NCBI GenBank assembly: GCA_034530615.2
Contig: JAVRCV020000001.1
Location: 1 to 64,000, forward strand
Source of the DNA: Aulosira sp. ZfuVER01
GTDB taxonomy: Bacteria > Cyanobacteriota > Cyanobacteriia > Cyanobacteriales > Nostocaceae
DNA length: 64,000 nucleotides
Direction: 5' to 3'
In this document: positions 29,281 to 37,931 of the stretch, one piece after another
Numbering within the stretch: the stretch's first letter is position 1
Layout of the letters: every line of letters begins with the position of its first letter
Program-made: the position numbers and the translations under genes
The notes under the pieces: model-generated
The model's input: the letters and a program-made list of their open reading frames with translations, nothing else
Told to the model about the DNA's origin: nothing
Database searches by the model: none

Positions 29281-32142
29281 TCATCTATTTGAAATCATAA
29301 CTTGAGCGATCGCTCTAACTAATTCTTTTGGTGCTACAGGTTTAGGAATATGCAACTGAAATCCTGCGGTTATGGCTTGGCGTTGATCGTATTCTCCAGC
29401 GTATGCAGTAAGCGCGATCGCAGGCATTTGTTGATCTGGTGGTAGCATTCTAATTTGCCGCATCAGCGCATAACCATCCATATTGGGCATCCCGATATCG
29501 CTAATCAGCAGATTTGGTTGATATCGTTCGAGAATGATGAATGCTTCTACCGCCGATGCTGCTACTTTCACCTCTGCTCCATACTGTTCTAAAATCATCA
29601 CCAGTAAGGTGCGGATGTCGGCTTCATCGTCTACAACTAAAATGCGTAACTGGCTCAAATCACAGGGTTCAACTAGTTGGGGATGATTTTGAGTCGGTGC
29701 TGGGTTATTGCTTGTTAATGGTAATCTAACTTTAAAGGTTGCGCCTAAACCCTCACCAGCACTTTCTACCTTGACTGTACCACCATGCAGTTCGGTAATA
29801 TGGCGAGCGATCGCTAATCCCAATCCTAAGCCACCAAATTGTCTGGTAATTGTTCCATCTTCTTGACGAAAGCAGTCAAATACATAAGGTAAAAACTGGG
29901 GATCGATACCTTTACCTGTATCTTTAACTTGGATCTCTGCTTCATTGCCAATTTTTGCTAACCGAATTTCGATATTGCCCTCAGATGGGGTAAATTTCAC
30001 AGCATTAGAGAGCAAATTCCACACAACTTGTTGCAGGCGTACCGTATCACCTAAAACTTGCCCAATATCAGCCTCGAGAATAGTTTGAATTTGAATACTT
30101 TTGGCATCGGCTGCTAAACGCACTGTCTCTAAAGCAGCTGCGATCGTTGTCGCCAGATTCACTACCCCAACATTCAAGACAATTTTACCTTGCAAAATCC
30201 GCGAGATATCGAGTAAATCTTCAATTAGTTGTGCTTGCAATTTAGCATTGCGCTCAATGGTTTCTAAAGCTCGTTCTGTTGTTTCTGGGTCAAATCTGCG
30301 TGTCTGTAATAGGCTTGTCCAACCTAAGATGGGATTTAGAGGCGATCGCAATTCATGAGAAAGCACTGCCAAAAATTCATCTTTGATGCGGTTAGCTTCC
30401 TGTGCTTGTTGATACAGATGAGCGTTATCTAGTGCCAAAGCTGCCCGACAAGCTAGTTCTTCTGCTAAAACTAAATCTGCTTGTTGATAGCGGCGGCCAG
30501 ACTCACTTGTCATACACAAGGTTAAAGTTCCCAAGGTACGACCGCGAGCAATAAATGGCACTGTCATCAGAGAACGCAACTCACAGCTTTGCATAAATTG
30601 CAGATGTTCAGGACTTTGAGCCGCCGCTTGCATCCACTCATCTGTAACTTCTGTAACGAATTTGGTTTGACCACTCTTGATGACAGCAGTAACTGGGTAT
30701 GTTTCTAAATCTTGGTATGGCAGATAATTTTGTACTTGACTAAACCAAGCCTGCTTGTCGGGGTTGCGGTGCTGGAAGGCGACGCGCTGAAGTTTGCCAT
30801 CGCTATTCACAATATCAATAAAGCAAAAATCAGCCAAAGTAGGGATAACCAGACGAGCAATGTTTGCTAAAGTATTTTGGTAATCTAGAGAACTTACCAA
30901 GACAGCACTTGCTTGGGCGAGTAAGTTTTGGGCTATTTCTAAGCGCTTGCGATCGCTGATATTCTCAACCATTGCAAAACCATAATTCAGCTGTCCTTGT
31001 TCGTCAGAAATAGCTGTAGCAGTCAGATTAACCCAAACAATATCTCCATTTTTTGTGATGTAGCGTTTCTCAAGTTGATAACTACGAATTTCACCTTTAA
31101 ATATCTGCTGGGCATAAGCCATATCAGCTTCTACATCTTCAGGGTGAGTAATATCTGCAAAGGTTAATTGACATAATTCTTGCTCGCTGTAGCCTAACAT
31201 TTCACAGTAAGCTTTGTTAGTTTGGATAAAGCTACCGTTACTATCAATTAAACAAACTCCAATAACAGAGGCTTCAAATATTTTACAAAAGCGTTCTTCA
31301 CTTTCACGCAACGCCGCCTCTGTAAGTTTGCGTTCTGTAATATCTTGAGCCGTGCCCAAAATTTGATGGATTTCTCCATCGGCGGTGCGGCTAAATACAG
31401 TGTCACGACTGCTAAACCAACGCCATTCCCCGTTAACATGGCGCATTCGATATTCTAAATCCACGTAACTACCATCTGCACTTTCCTTGAGCCGTTGCAA
31501 ATGAACAGCCATCATTGCCAAGTCATCTGGATGCATAACTTGAGGCATAAAGTCACACCCCATTGCCAAAATAGTTTCGGGTGAGTAGCCTAAAAAATCG
31601 AGCGATCGCCCATTAATATAGATGTTGCGCTGCTCAACAACATCAAAGAGATATAACAACCCCGGACTCATTTGTGCCAGCAGTTGAATAAAGTTGTAGC
31701 TCTGTTGTAATGACTGTTCTGCTAGCTTTCGCTCTGTAATATCAATGGTTAAAATAGATACTCCCTTAGCAAATGGGTAAGCTCTACTCTCCAACCAGCC
31801 TGCTTTCCTTGGGTGGATATGTTCAAAAATTACAGACTTTTGCTCAGTGATAGCACGATGTAATTGAATATACAACTCGGTATCAATTATGCCTGCAAAT
31901 AAGTCCCAAATATTCTTACCTAAAATCTCATCCTTGGGCATTCCTAACAGTTGTGCTTGTGGCTCATTAATGTAAGTACAACACCACTCACGATCCAGTA
32001 CCCAAAAACCGTCACTGATGCTAGCGAGAATACTTTCGCAGAATTCAGGTGCGAGAATAGGCTGCAACCAAGCTGTTTCATCAATTATTGTCACTTTTGT
32101 CTGAGTAACTTGTGCTTCAGTTGCTTTGCTTTCCTCGGTCAC
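29281..32142 (-). CDS. Hybrid sensor histidine kinase (3x PAS, GAF, HisKA, HATPase, REC)
   Basis: PAS motifs (HPDD, DITERK), LSHELRSPL, NLLSNAVKFT, DTGKGI, GGLGLGL, ILVVDD, SDIGMP. Confidence 0.93.
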   Translation of the reverse strand: MTEESKATEAQVTQTKVTIIDETAWLQPILAPEFCESILASISDGFWVLDREWCCTYINEPQAQLLGMPKDEILGKNIWDLFAGIIDTELYIQLHRAITEQKSVIFEHIHPRKAGWLESRAYPFAKGVSILTIDITERKLAEQSLQQSYNFIQLLAQMSPGLLYLFDVVEQRNIYINGRSLDFLGYSPETILAMGCDFMPQVMHPDDLAMMAVHLQRLKESADGSYVDLEYRMRHVNGEWRWFSSRDTVFSRTADGEIHQILGTAQDITERKLTEAALRESEERFCKIFEASVIGVCLIDSNGSFIQTNKAYCEMLGYSEQELCQLTFADITHPEDVEADMAYAQQIFKGEIRSYQLEKRYITKNGDIVWVNLTATAISDEQGQLNYGFAMVENISDRKRLEIAQNLLAQASAVLVSSLDYQNTLANIARLVIPTLADFCFIDIVNSDGKLQRVAFQHRNPDKQAWFSQVQNYLPYQDLETYPVTAVIKSGQTKFVTEVTDEWMQAAAQSPEHLQFMQSCELRSLMTVPFIARGRTLGTLTLCMTSESGRRYQQADLVLAEELACRAALALDNAHLYQQAQEANRIKDEFLAVLSHELRSPLNPILGWTSLLQTRRFDPETTERALETIERNAKLQAQLIEDLLDISRILQGKIVLNVGVVNLATTIAAALETVRLAADAKSIQIQTILEADIGQVLGDTVRLQQVVWNLLSNAVKFTPSEGNIEIRLAKIGNEAEIQVKDTGKGIDPQFLPYVFDCFRQEDGTITRQFGGLGLGLAIARHITELHGGTVKVESAGEGLGATFKVRLPLTSNNPAPTQNHPQLVEPCDLSQLRILVVDDEADIRTLLVMILEQYGAEVKVAASAVEAFIILERYQPNLLISDIGMPNMDGYALMRQIRMLPPDQQMPAIALTAYAGEYDQRQAITAGFQLHIPKPVAPKELVRAIAQVMISNR

Positions 32143-32403
32143 AGATCCCTCTCCTTATTTTTCTGTCAAGCCTTTGTTGAGAAGCTATTTGCTCTAAACT
32201 TGCAATGCTGCACAGCCATAGTGATTCAGTTCATCAAAGACCGATGGCAATTCTGCCTCAATTTTAGTTGAGAGGTTTGTATCTGAGCGTTTACTTAATG
32301 GTTAATTTTACTTAATTTCATGGGAAGATGTGGAAAGGCAATCGCACCTATGGTACTCCTATTTGACTTTGCAAAAACATAATTTCTTACAGGAGAAGCA
32401 TTT

Positions 32404-32506
32404 ATGGCGATTTTACGATTAGAAAATGGCACATTACACCAAAATTTAGAAGATATTACGCGATAATTGGCATTATTGAATATTTAACTCAATCACTAGA
32501 ATTGGG
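32404..32506 (+). pseudogene. 5' remnant of an acireductone dioxygenase (ARD cupin)-like gene
   Basis: RBS aggagaag then ATG; MAILRLENGTLHQNLEDITR*LALLNI*LNH* resembles cyanobacterial ARD N-termini as recalled; three in-frame stops; lies upstream of an MtnX-like gene. Confidence 0.6.
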
Positions 32507-32543
32507 GAAGCGATCGCAAAATCTCCTACTAAAAGCAAATGTA

Positions 32544-32727
32544 TTTGGAGTACTTCAAATTCGTTTTGGGGTACTGCAAATTCATTTGGAGGTACTTCAA
32601 ATTCGTTTTGAGGTACTGCAAATTCGTTTTGGGGTACTGCAAATTCGTTTGGAGGTACTCTAAATCCGTTTTGAGGTACTGCAAATTCATTTGGAGGTAC
32701 TGCAAATTCGTTTGGAGGTACTCCAAA
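32544..32727. repeat. 21-bp tandem repeat, about 9 imperfect copies
   Basis: Unit ttt(g/t)g(a/g)ggtact(g/t)caaattc(g/a), contiguous, no spacers. Confidence 0.92.
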
Positions 32728-32792
32728 GTAGTAAGATGGCAGTGCCAGCCCTACATTTACTGATTGAGAAAATTTAGACTGGGAGAATAGAC

Positions 32793-33422
32793 TTGAGGCG
32801 AATTGTTTTTTGCGACTTTGATGGCACTATCACAGTAGAAGAAACCTTTGTTGCAGTTCTCAAAAAGTTTGCACCAGAACTATCTGCAAAATTACTCCCC
32901 GAAATGTATGCACGACGGATAACACTGCGACAGGGAGTCCGGCAAATTCTCGAATCAATTCCGGCTTCAAAGTATGACGAAATCTTGGAATTTACTCAAA
33001 TACAACCTATTCGCCCAGGTTTTGTCGAACTGCTAGATTTTCTAGAGTTTCAGGGAGTACCTTTAGTTGTGGTTTCTGGTGGATTGCGAGGAATGGTAGA
33101 AACTGTTTTAGATAACCTAGTGCAACGGGTTCATGCTATCCATGCTGTAGATGTAGATACTAATAGTAATTACTTAAAAGTCTGCTCGCAGTATGAGGGA
33201 GGTACAGAACTGATTGCCAAAGTCGAAGTCATGTCAAAGTATCCGGCGTATCAGAAGATTGCGATTGGTGACTCCTTGACTGATTTAAATATGGCACTTC
33301 AAGCTTCTGTTGTGTTTGCACGCGATCGCCTAGCCGAATATTTAGATGAGCATAAAAAACCCTACATCCGCTGGGATAACTTCGCTCAAATACGCGATTA
33401 TCTAGTGAAATTGTGGAAATAA
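32793..33422 (+). CDS. HAD-IB phosphatase, MtnX-like (methionine salvage)
   Basis: FCDFDGTIT, VVSGG, K, IGDSLTD, VFAR..L motifs. Confidence 0.85.
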   Translation: MRRIVFCDFDGTITVEETFVAVLKKFAPELSAKLLPEMYARRITLRQGVRQILESIPASKYDEILEFTQIQPIRPGFVELLDFLEFQGVPLVVVSGGLRGMVETVLDNLVQRVHAIHAVDVDTNSNYLKVCSQYEGGTELIAKVEVMSKYPAYQKIAIGDSLTDLNMALQASVVFARDRLAEYLDEHKKPYIRWDNFAQIRDYLVKLWK

Positions 33423-33538
33423 ATCTCACGATCAGCCCAATCCTAGCTGATTCCTGTGGTCTGCGGAGTAGGGAAGAGAAGGAGGACAAGGGAGAAGTAA
33501 CTAATAAGTCTTGCTTATTACTCAATAACCAATGACAA

Positions 33539-33838
33539 ATGACTAACCAAACTATTCGCATTGTTGCCCGTGTTATTGCTTTACCTGACAAAGTAGAAGC
33601 ACTCAAAGCAGTTCTATTGGAATTAATTGAGCCAACTCGGCAAGAAGCAGGTGCTATAAAGTATGAACTCTTGCAAAACCAGGAAGATCCCACAGATTTT
33701 ACTTTTATCGAAGAATGGACTTCTAACGCAGCTTTGAATATTCATCTAAACTCACCCCACGTTCAAGAAGCACTTGCAAAAGTAGAAGGTTTGGTGGCTG
33801 CTACACCCGAAGTTCGCCGCTATTATCTTGTGGCTTAA
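33539..33838 (+). CDS. Antibiotic biosynthesis monooxygenase (ABM) domain protein
   Basis: TRQEAGAIKYEL...F.FIEEW....L..HL.SPH. Confidence 0.88.
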   Translation: MTNQTIRIVARVIALPDKVEALKAVLLELIEPTRQEAGAIKYELLQNQEDPTDFTFIEEWTSNAALNIHLNSPHVQEALAKVEGLVAATPEVRRYYLVA

Positions 33839-33879
33839 GCTGTTGTAGATTGAAGCGATCGCCTCTACCCTTTATATCT

Positions 33880-34003
33880 CAATACAGTTCAGTTAGGCTG
33901 AAATGTAATATGTCGTAGGGGCACGGCACCCATAAGATTACTATATACACCAAAAGATTGTGGACGCCGTGCCCCTACAATATCTTTTCACTGAACCGTA
34001 TTG
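33880..34003. mobile_element. 124-bp MITE with 10-bp target-site duplication
   Basis: TIR caatacagttcagt / actgaaccgtattg; direct repeat ctttatatct at 33870-33879 and 34004-34013; internal gtaggggcacggc...gccgtgcccctac. Confidence 0.88.
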
Positions 34004-34109
34004 CTTTATATCTCAAAGCGTTCACGATCAATCCCGCAGATATTCACGAAAATGTACTCAATGTAGTGAGGTGTTAGACAATAGTTTAAATAATCAAACT
34101 TGATAGACC

Positions 34110-34481
34110 ATGACACACAATGGCTCGGAACCACCTAGCAGATTAGATCGGCTTGAGGCTATGCTGACAACTCACGCCCAAATGCTGAATCAGTTAGCGC
34201 CGCTGTTGACACAAGTCGCACAGATTGCAACTAGCACTTCCGAAACAGCAACTCGACATGATGAAGTGCTGGATCGTCTGGAAGAACAAATTCGCCACAA
34301 CGCAGTACAACAAGCTACTAATAGTCAGGCGATCGCCCAGCTAACTGAAGATGTGGCTAGCCTCACCGAGGTAGTTATGCAATCAATTGAGAATATGGAA
34401 GCCGATCGGGAAGCTTTTAGAGAAGAAATCCGCCGTATCTGGGAATATCTTCTCAGGTCAAATGGTAATGGCACTGCTTAG
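34110..34481 (+). CDS. Hypothetical coiled-coil protein
   Basis: SRLDRLEA...EEIRRIWEYLL, heptad-rich. Confidence 0.75.
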   Translation: MTHNGSEPPSRLDRLEAMLTTHAQMLNQLAPLLTQVAQIATSTSETATRHDEVLDRLEEQIRHNAVQQATNSQAIAQLTEDVASLTEVVMQSIENMEADREAFREEIRRIWEYLLRSNGNGTA

Positions 34482-34488
34482 GCTCACA

Positions 34489-34893
34489 TTACTTATTGGG
34501 TTGAGCAATTCGCGCTTCAATATCTTCTAATGTTTGCAGTAATAGACGTTTTGCCTGTAATTGCCAACCCCATTTTTGCAGCCTAAAAGCAGCTACAGAA
34601 CCAGCTATAGCTGCTAATAATCCTATGGGTTGATTTAAAGAAATTCCTAATAATAAACCCAATCCTGCGATTCCCCAAAATGGTAAAGCGACTACTTGTC
34701 TTTGTTCTTCGACAATTTGGGCGATTTGATTGGGTTGCATGGTAGCTAATAATTCAGCTTTAATTTGTCGCTGCTCTGCTAACGATACTGATAAACCAAT
34801 TTTCCGACGCAGTTTTTCGATTTTGCGAGCATCAGTACTGTACTCAGTTAGCTCGTCTTCTGCCATTGTCAGTAGTTGTTTTAATTGCGCCAT
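34489..34893 (-). CDS. Hypothetical membrane protein
   Basis: Coiled N-terminus and a hydrophobic hairpin (LPFWGIAGLGLLLGI). Confidence 0.75.
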   Translation of the reverse strand: MAQLKQLLTMAEDELTEYSTDARKIEKLRRKIGLSVSLAEQRQIKAELLATMQPNQIAQIVEEQRQVVALPFWGIAGLGLLLGISLNQPIGLLAAIAGSVAAFRLQKWGWQLQAKRLLLQTLEDIEARIAQPNK

Positions 34894-35203
34894 CTTATAT
34901 TCTATCCTTAATTCTCAATATTGTTATTATCCCGAATTATTGTTAATTTTTCTTGACTATATTAGGGTATTTTGGGGCACTTTATAGCACAATCCCAAAT
35001 TTAATATCTAAAATTGAACATAAGCAAAAGATACTAGCACACCACGGCGGAAATAAAGACTGTATTCAACCAAGGATAATTCCAGAGCGCTAATGGTTTT
35101 CCTTGATCCCCATACTTTATCTCTTGACTATTGTCTAATTCCACGTAATAGTACTAGCGATTTCGCACTTACAACCAGAGCATTTACTTGTGAGGTAATA
35201 CTG

Positions 35204-37714
35204 ATGGTAACAGTAGCTAAAAATACTTTGTCTGTTGATACCAAAGAGCGATCGCTGATTCTTTGGTTTGATGAGGTAGGGATTGCAGATATTCCTTTAG
35301 TTGGGGGAAAAAATGCATCACTGGGAGAAATGATTCAACAGTTAACACCCAAGGGCGTTAATGTTCCCACTGGGTTTGCTACTACTGCTTATGCTTATCG
35401 TTATTTTATTGAGTCGGCTGGGTTAGACGCCAAGCTGCGGAAACTATTTTCCGATCTAGATGTTGAGGATGTAAAAAATTTACAAGAACGCGGAAAAAAA
35501 GCGCGATCGCTCCTGATGCACACACCATTTCCCGTAGAACTGCGTCAGGCGATCGCTAAGGCATACGAAAGTTTATGTGAACCCTACCATGCAGATACAG
35601 ATGTCGCCGTCCGTTCTAGCGCCACCGCCGAAGACCTCCCCGATGCCAGTTTTGCCGGACAGCAAGAAACATACCTAAATGTTGTCGGTGTTGCAGGAGT
35701 TTTAGGCGCTTGTCATCGCTGCTTTGCTTCTTTATTTACCGATCGCGCTATTTCTTATCGTCATACTAAAGGATTTGACCATTTTAGTGTTGCCCTAGCT
35801 GTGGGTGTGCAAAAAATGGTGCGTTCTGATTTAGCCTCTGCTGGGGTGATGTTCTCGATTGAAACGGAAACTGGTTTTAAGGATGCAGCCTTAATTTCTG
35901 CTGCCTACGGTTTAGGGGAAAATGTTGTTCAGGGAACTGTTAACCCAGATGAATACTATGTTTTTAAACCAACTTTAAAAACAGGTTTTAGCCCAATTGT
36001 CGATAAAAAATTGGGCAGCAAAGAATTAAAAATGGTCTATGATGACGGCTCAAAATTTACCAAAAATATTCTAGTTCCTGCCGAAGAAAGAGGTAAATTC
36101 GTTCTCACCGATGACGAGATTTTACAACTAGCGCGTTGGGCTTGTGTGATTGAAGATCATTATTCCCAAGTTCACGGACATTACACCCCAATGGACATTG
36201 AATGGGCAAAAGATGGCATTACCAACCAACTGTTTGTTGTCCAAGCACGTCCAGAAACCGTCCAGTCGCAGAAGCAGGGAAATGTGCTGCGGAGTTATCG
36301 CCTGTTAGAGGGAGACACGGAGATTGTAGGACGAGGTGACGCGGAGAGTCAAGATATCACCGCGTCTCCCCATCCCCGTGTCTCCGTGTCAAAAAGACAT
36401 CCCCTAGTAACAGGCCGCGCGATTGGAGAAGCGATTAGTCAAGGGAAAGTCAGCCTCATTTTAGATGTGAGTAAAATCGACCAGTTCCAGCCTGGGGAAG
36501 TTTTGGTCACAGATCGAACTGACCCCGACTGGGAACCGATTATGAAAAGAGCTAGTGCAATTATTACTAACTCTGGGGGTCGCACCTGCCATGCGGCAAT
36601 TATTGCGCGAGAATTGGGTGTACCTGCGATCGTGGGTTGCGGTAATGCTACGGCAATCTTAAAAACTGGTCAAGAAGTGACAGTTTCTTGTGCGGAAGGA
36701 GAAGAAGGACGGGTTTACCCAGGTTTATTACCTTTTGAAGTCGAAGAAGTTCATCTAGAAAACTTACCTCGCACGCGCACCCAAATTTTAATGAATGTGG
36801 GTAATCCCCAAGAAGCATTTAGTTTATCTGCTATTCCTAACGATGGGGTCGGATTAGCCCGGACAGAATTTATTATTGCTAATCAAATTCAAATTCATCC
36901 AATGGCGTTAATTCACTACGACAATTTAAATGATGAATTTGTCAAAGCTAAAATTGCGGAAATCACTGCACTTTATGATGATAAACCTCAGTATTTTGTC
37001 GATAGATTAGCTCAAGGGATCGGCAGAATTGCTGCTGCATTTTATCCCAAACCAGTTATTGTGCGGATGTCAGATTTTAAAAGTAATGAATATGCCAATC
37101 TTTTAGGCGGTCAACAGTTTGAACCCCATGAAGAAAACCCCATGCTGGGCTGGCGAGGGGCAGCACGTTACTACGATCCCGGTTATAGAGAAGCTTTTGC
37201 TTTGGAATGTCATGCCATTAAGCGAGTACGGGAAGAGATGGGTTTAACCAATGTCATCCCGATGATTCCCTTCTGTCGCACTCCTGATGAAGGACGTTTA
37301 GTATTAGCAGAAATGGCAAACAATGGTCTCAAGCAAGGTGTAAATGACTTGCAAGTATATGTGATGTGCGAGTTGCCCAACAATGTCATTATGGCTGAAG
37401 AGTTTGCTGCGGTTTTTGATGGATTTTCTATTGGTTCCAATGACCTAACTCAGCTGACACTAGGTTTAGATAGGGATTCAGCATTGGTAGCGCGATTATT
37501 TGATGAACGCAGTCAAGGCGTCAAGCGAATGGTCAAAATGGCAATCCAAGCTGCAAAACAAAACAATCGTAAAATTGGTATTTGCGGGCAAGCACCCAGT
37601 GATTATCCAGAATTTGCCCATTTCTTAGTTGAACAGGGAATTAACTCTATCAGTCTAAATCCCGATTCAGTTCTCAAAACAATGCTAGAAATAGCAAAAG
37701 TGGAGAATCGATAG
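35204..37714 (+). CDS. ppsA: Phosphoenolpyruvate synthase
   Basis: VGGKNASLGEM, AVRSSATAED, DIEWAKDG, QARPETV, GGRTCHAAI, SIGSNDL, GICGQAPSD. Start ATG 35204 after a gaggt RBS. Confidence 0.96.
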   Translation: MVTVAKNTLSVDTKERSLILWFDEVGIADIPLVGGKNASLGEMIQQLTPKGVNVPTGFATTAYAYRYFIESAGLDAKLRKLFSDLDVEDVKNLQERGKKARSLLMHTPFPVELRQAIAKAYESLCEPYHADTDVAVRSSATAEDLPDASFAGQQETYLNVVGVAGVLGACHRCFASLFTDRAISYRHTKGFDHFSVALAVGVQKMVRSDLASAGVMFSIETETGFKDAALISAAYGLGENVVQGTVNPDEYYVFKPTLKTGFSPIVDKKLGSKELKMVYDDGSKFTKNILVPAEERGKFVLTDDEILQLARWACVIEDHYSQVHGHYTPMDIEWAKDGITNQLFVVQARPETVQSQKQGNVLRSYRLLEGDTEIVGRGDAESQDITASPHPRVSVSKRHPLVTGRAIGEAISQGKVSLILDVSKIDQFQPGEVLVTDRTDPDWEPIMKRASAIITNSGGRTCHAAIIARELGVPAIVGCGNATAILKTGQEVTVSCAEGEEGRVYPGLLPFEVEEVHLENLPRTRTQILMNVGNPQEAFSLSAIPNDGVGLARTEFIIANQIQIHPMALIHYDNLNDEFVKAKIAEITALYDDKPQYFVDRLAQGIGRIAAAFYPKPVIVRMSDFKSNEYANLLGGQQFEPHEENPMLGWRGAARYYDPGYREAFALECHAIKRVREEMGLTNVIPMIPFCRTPDEGRLVLAEMANNGLKQGVNDLQVYVMCELPNNVIMAEEFAAVFDGFSIGSNDLTQLTLGLDRDSALVARLFDERSQGVKRMVKMAIQAAKQNNRKIGICGQAPSDYPEFAHFLVEQGINSISLNPDSVLKTMLEIAKVENR

Positions 37715-37931
37715 GCAGAAATCCATTCTTTCTCGAGATATATAGACATTTCAAGTAAATTTACCTAAAAATCATTATGTGTATGATTGATCTGGCATTT
37801 TGAATTACCCATAGGGGTTGACTTCTCCCACAATTAATTTCTGGGAGAATCTACAGCCAACCCCTTCCCATTACCAATGAAGCAAATTCACGCACTCAAC
37901 CACCCGTATTCACCTCCTCCCGCCTCTAAAG

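Noticed and set aside
32544..32727. CRISPR array, or real proteins from ORFs 32529..32726 and 32539..32763
   Set aside because: The units are contiguous with no unique spacers; the ORFs are by-products of a stop-free 21-mer.
37815..37852. IS200/IS605 end hairpin (ttctccca...tgggagaa)
   Set aside because: No tnpA/tnpB or second end nearby; it could simply be the ppsA terminator.
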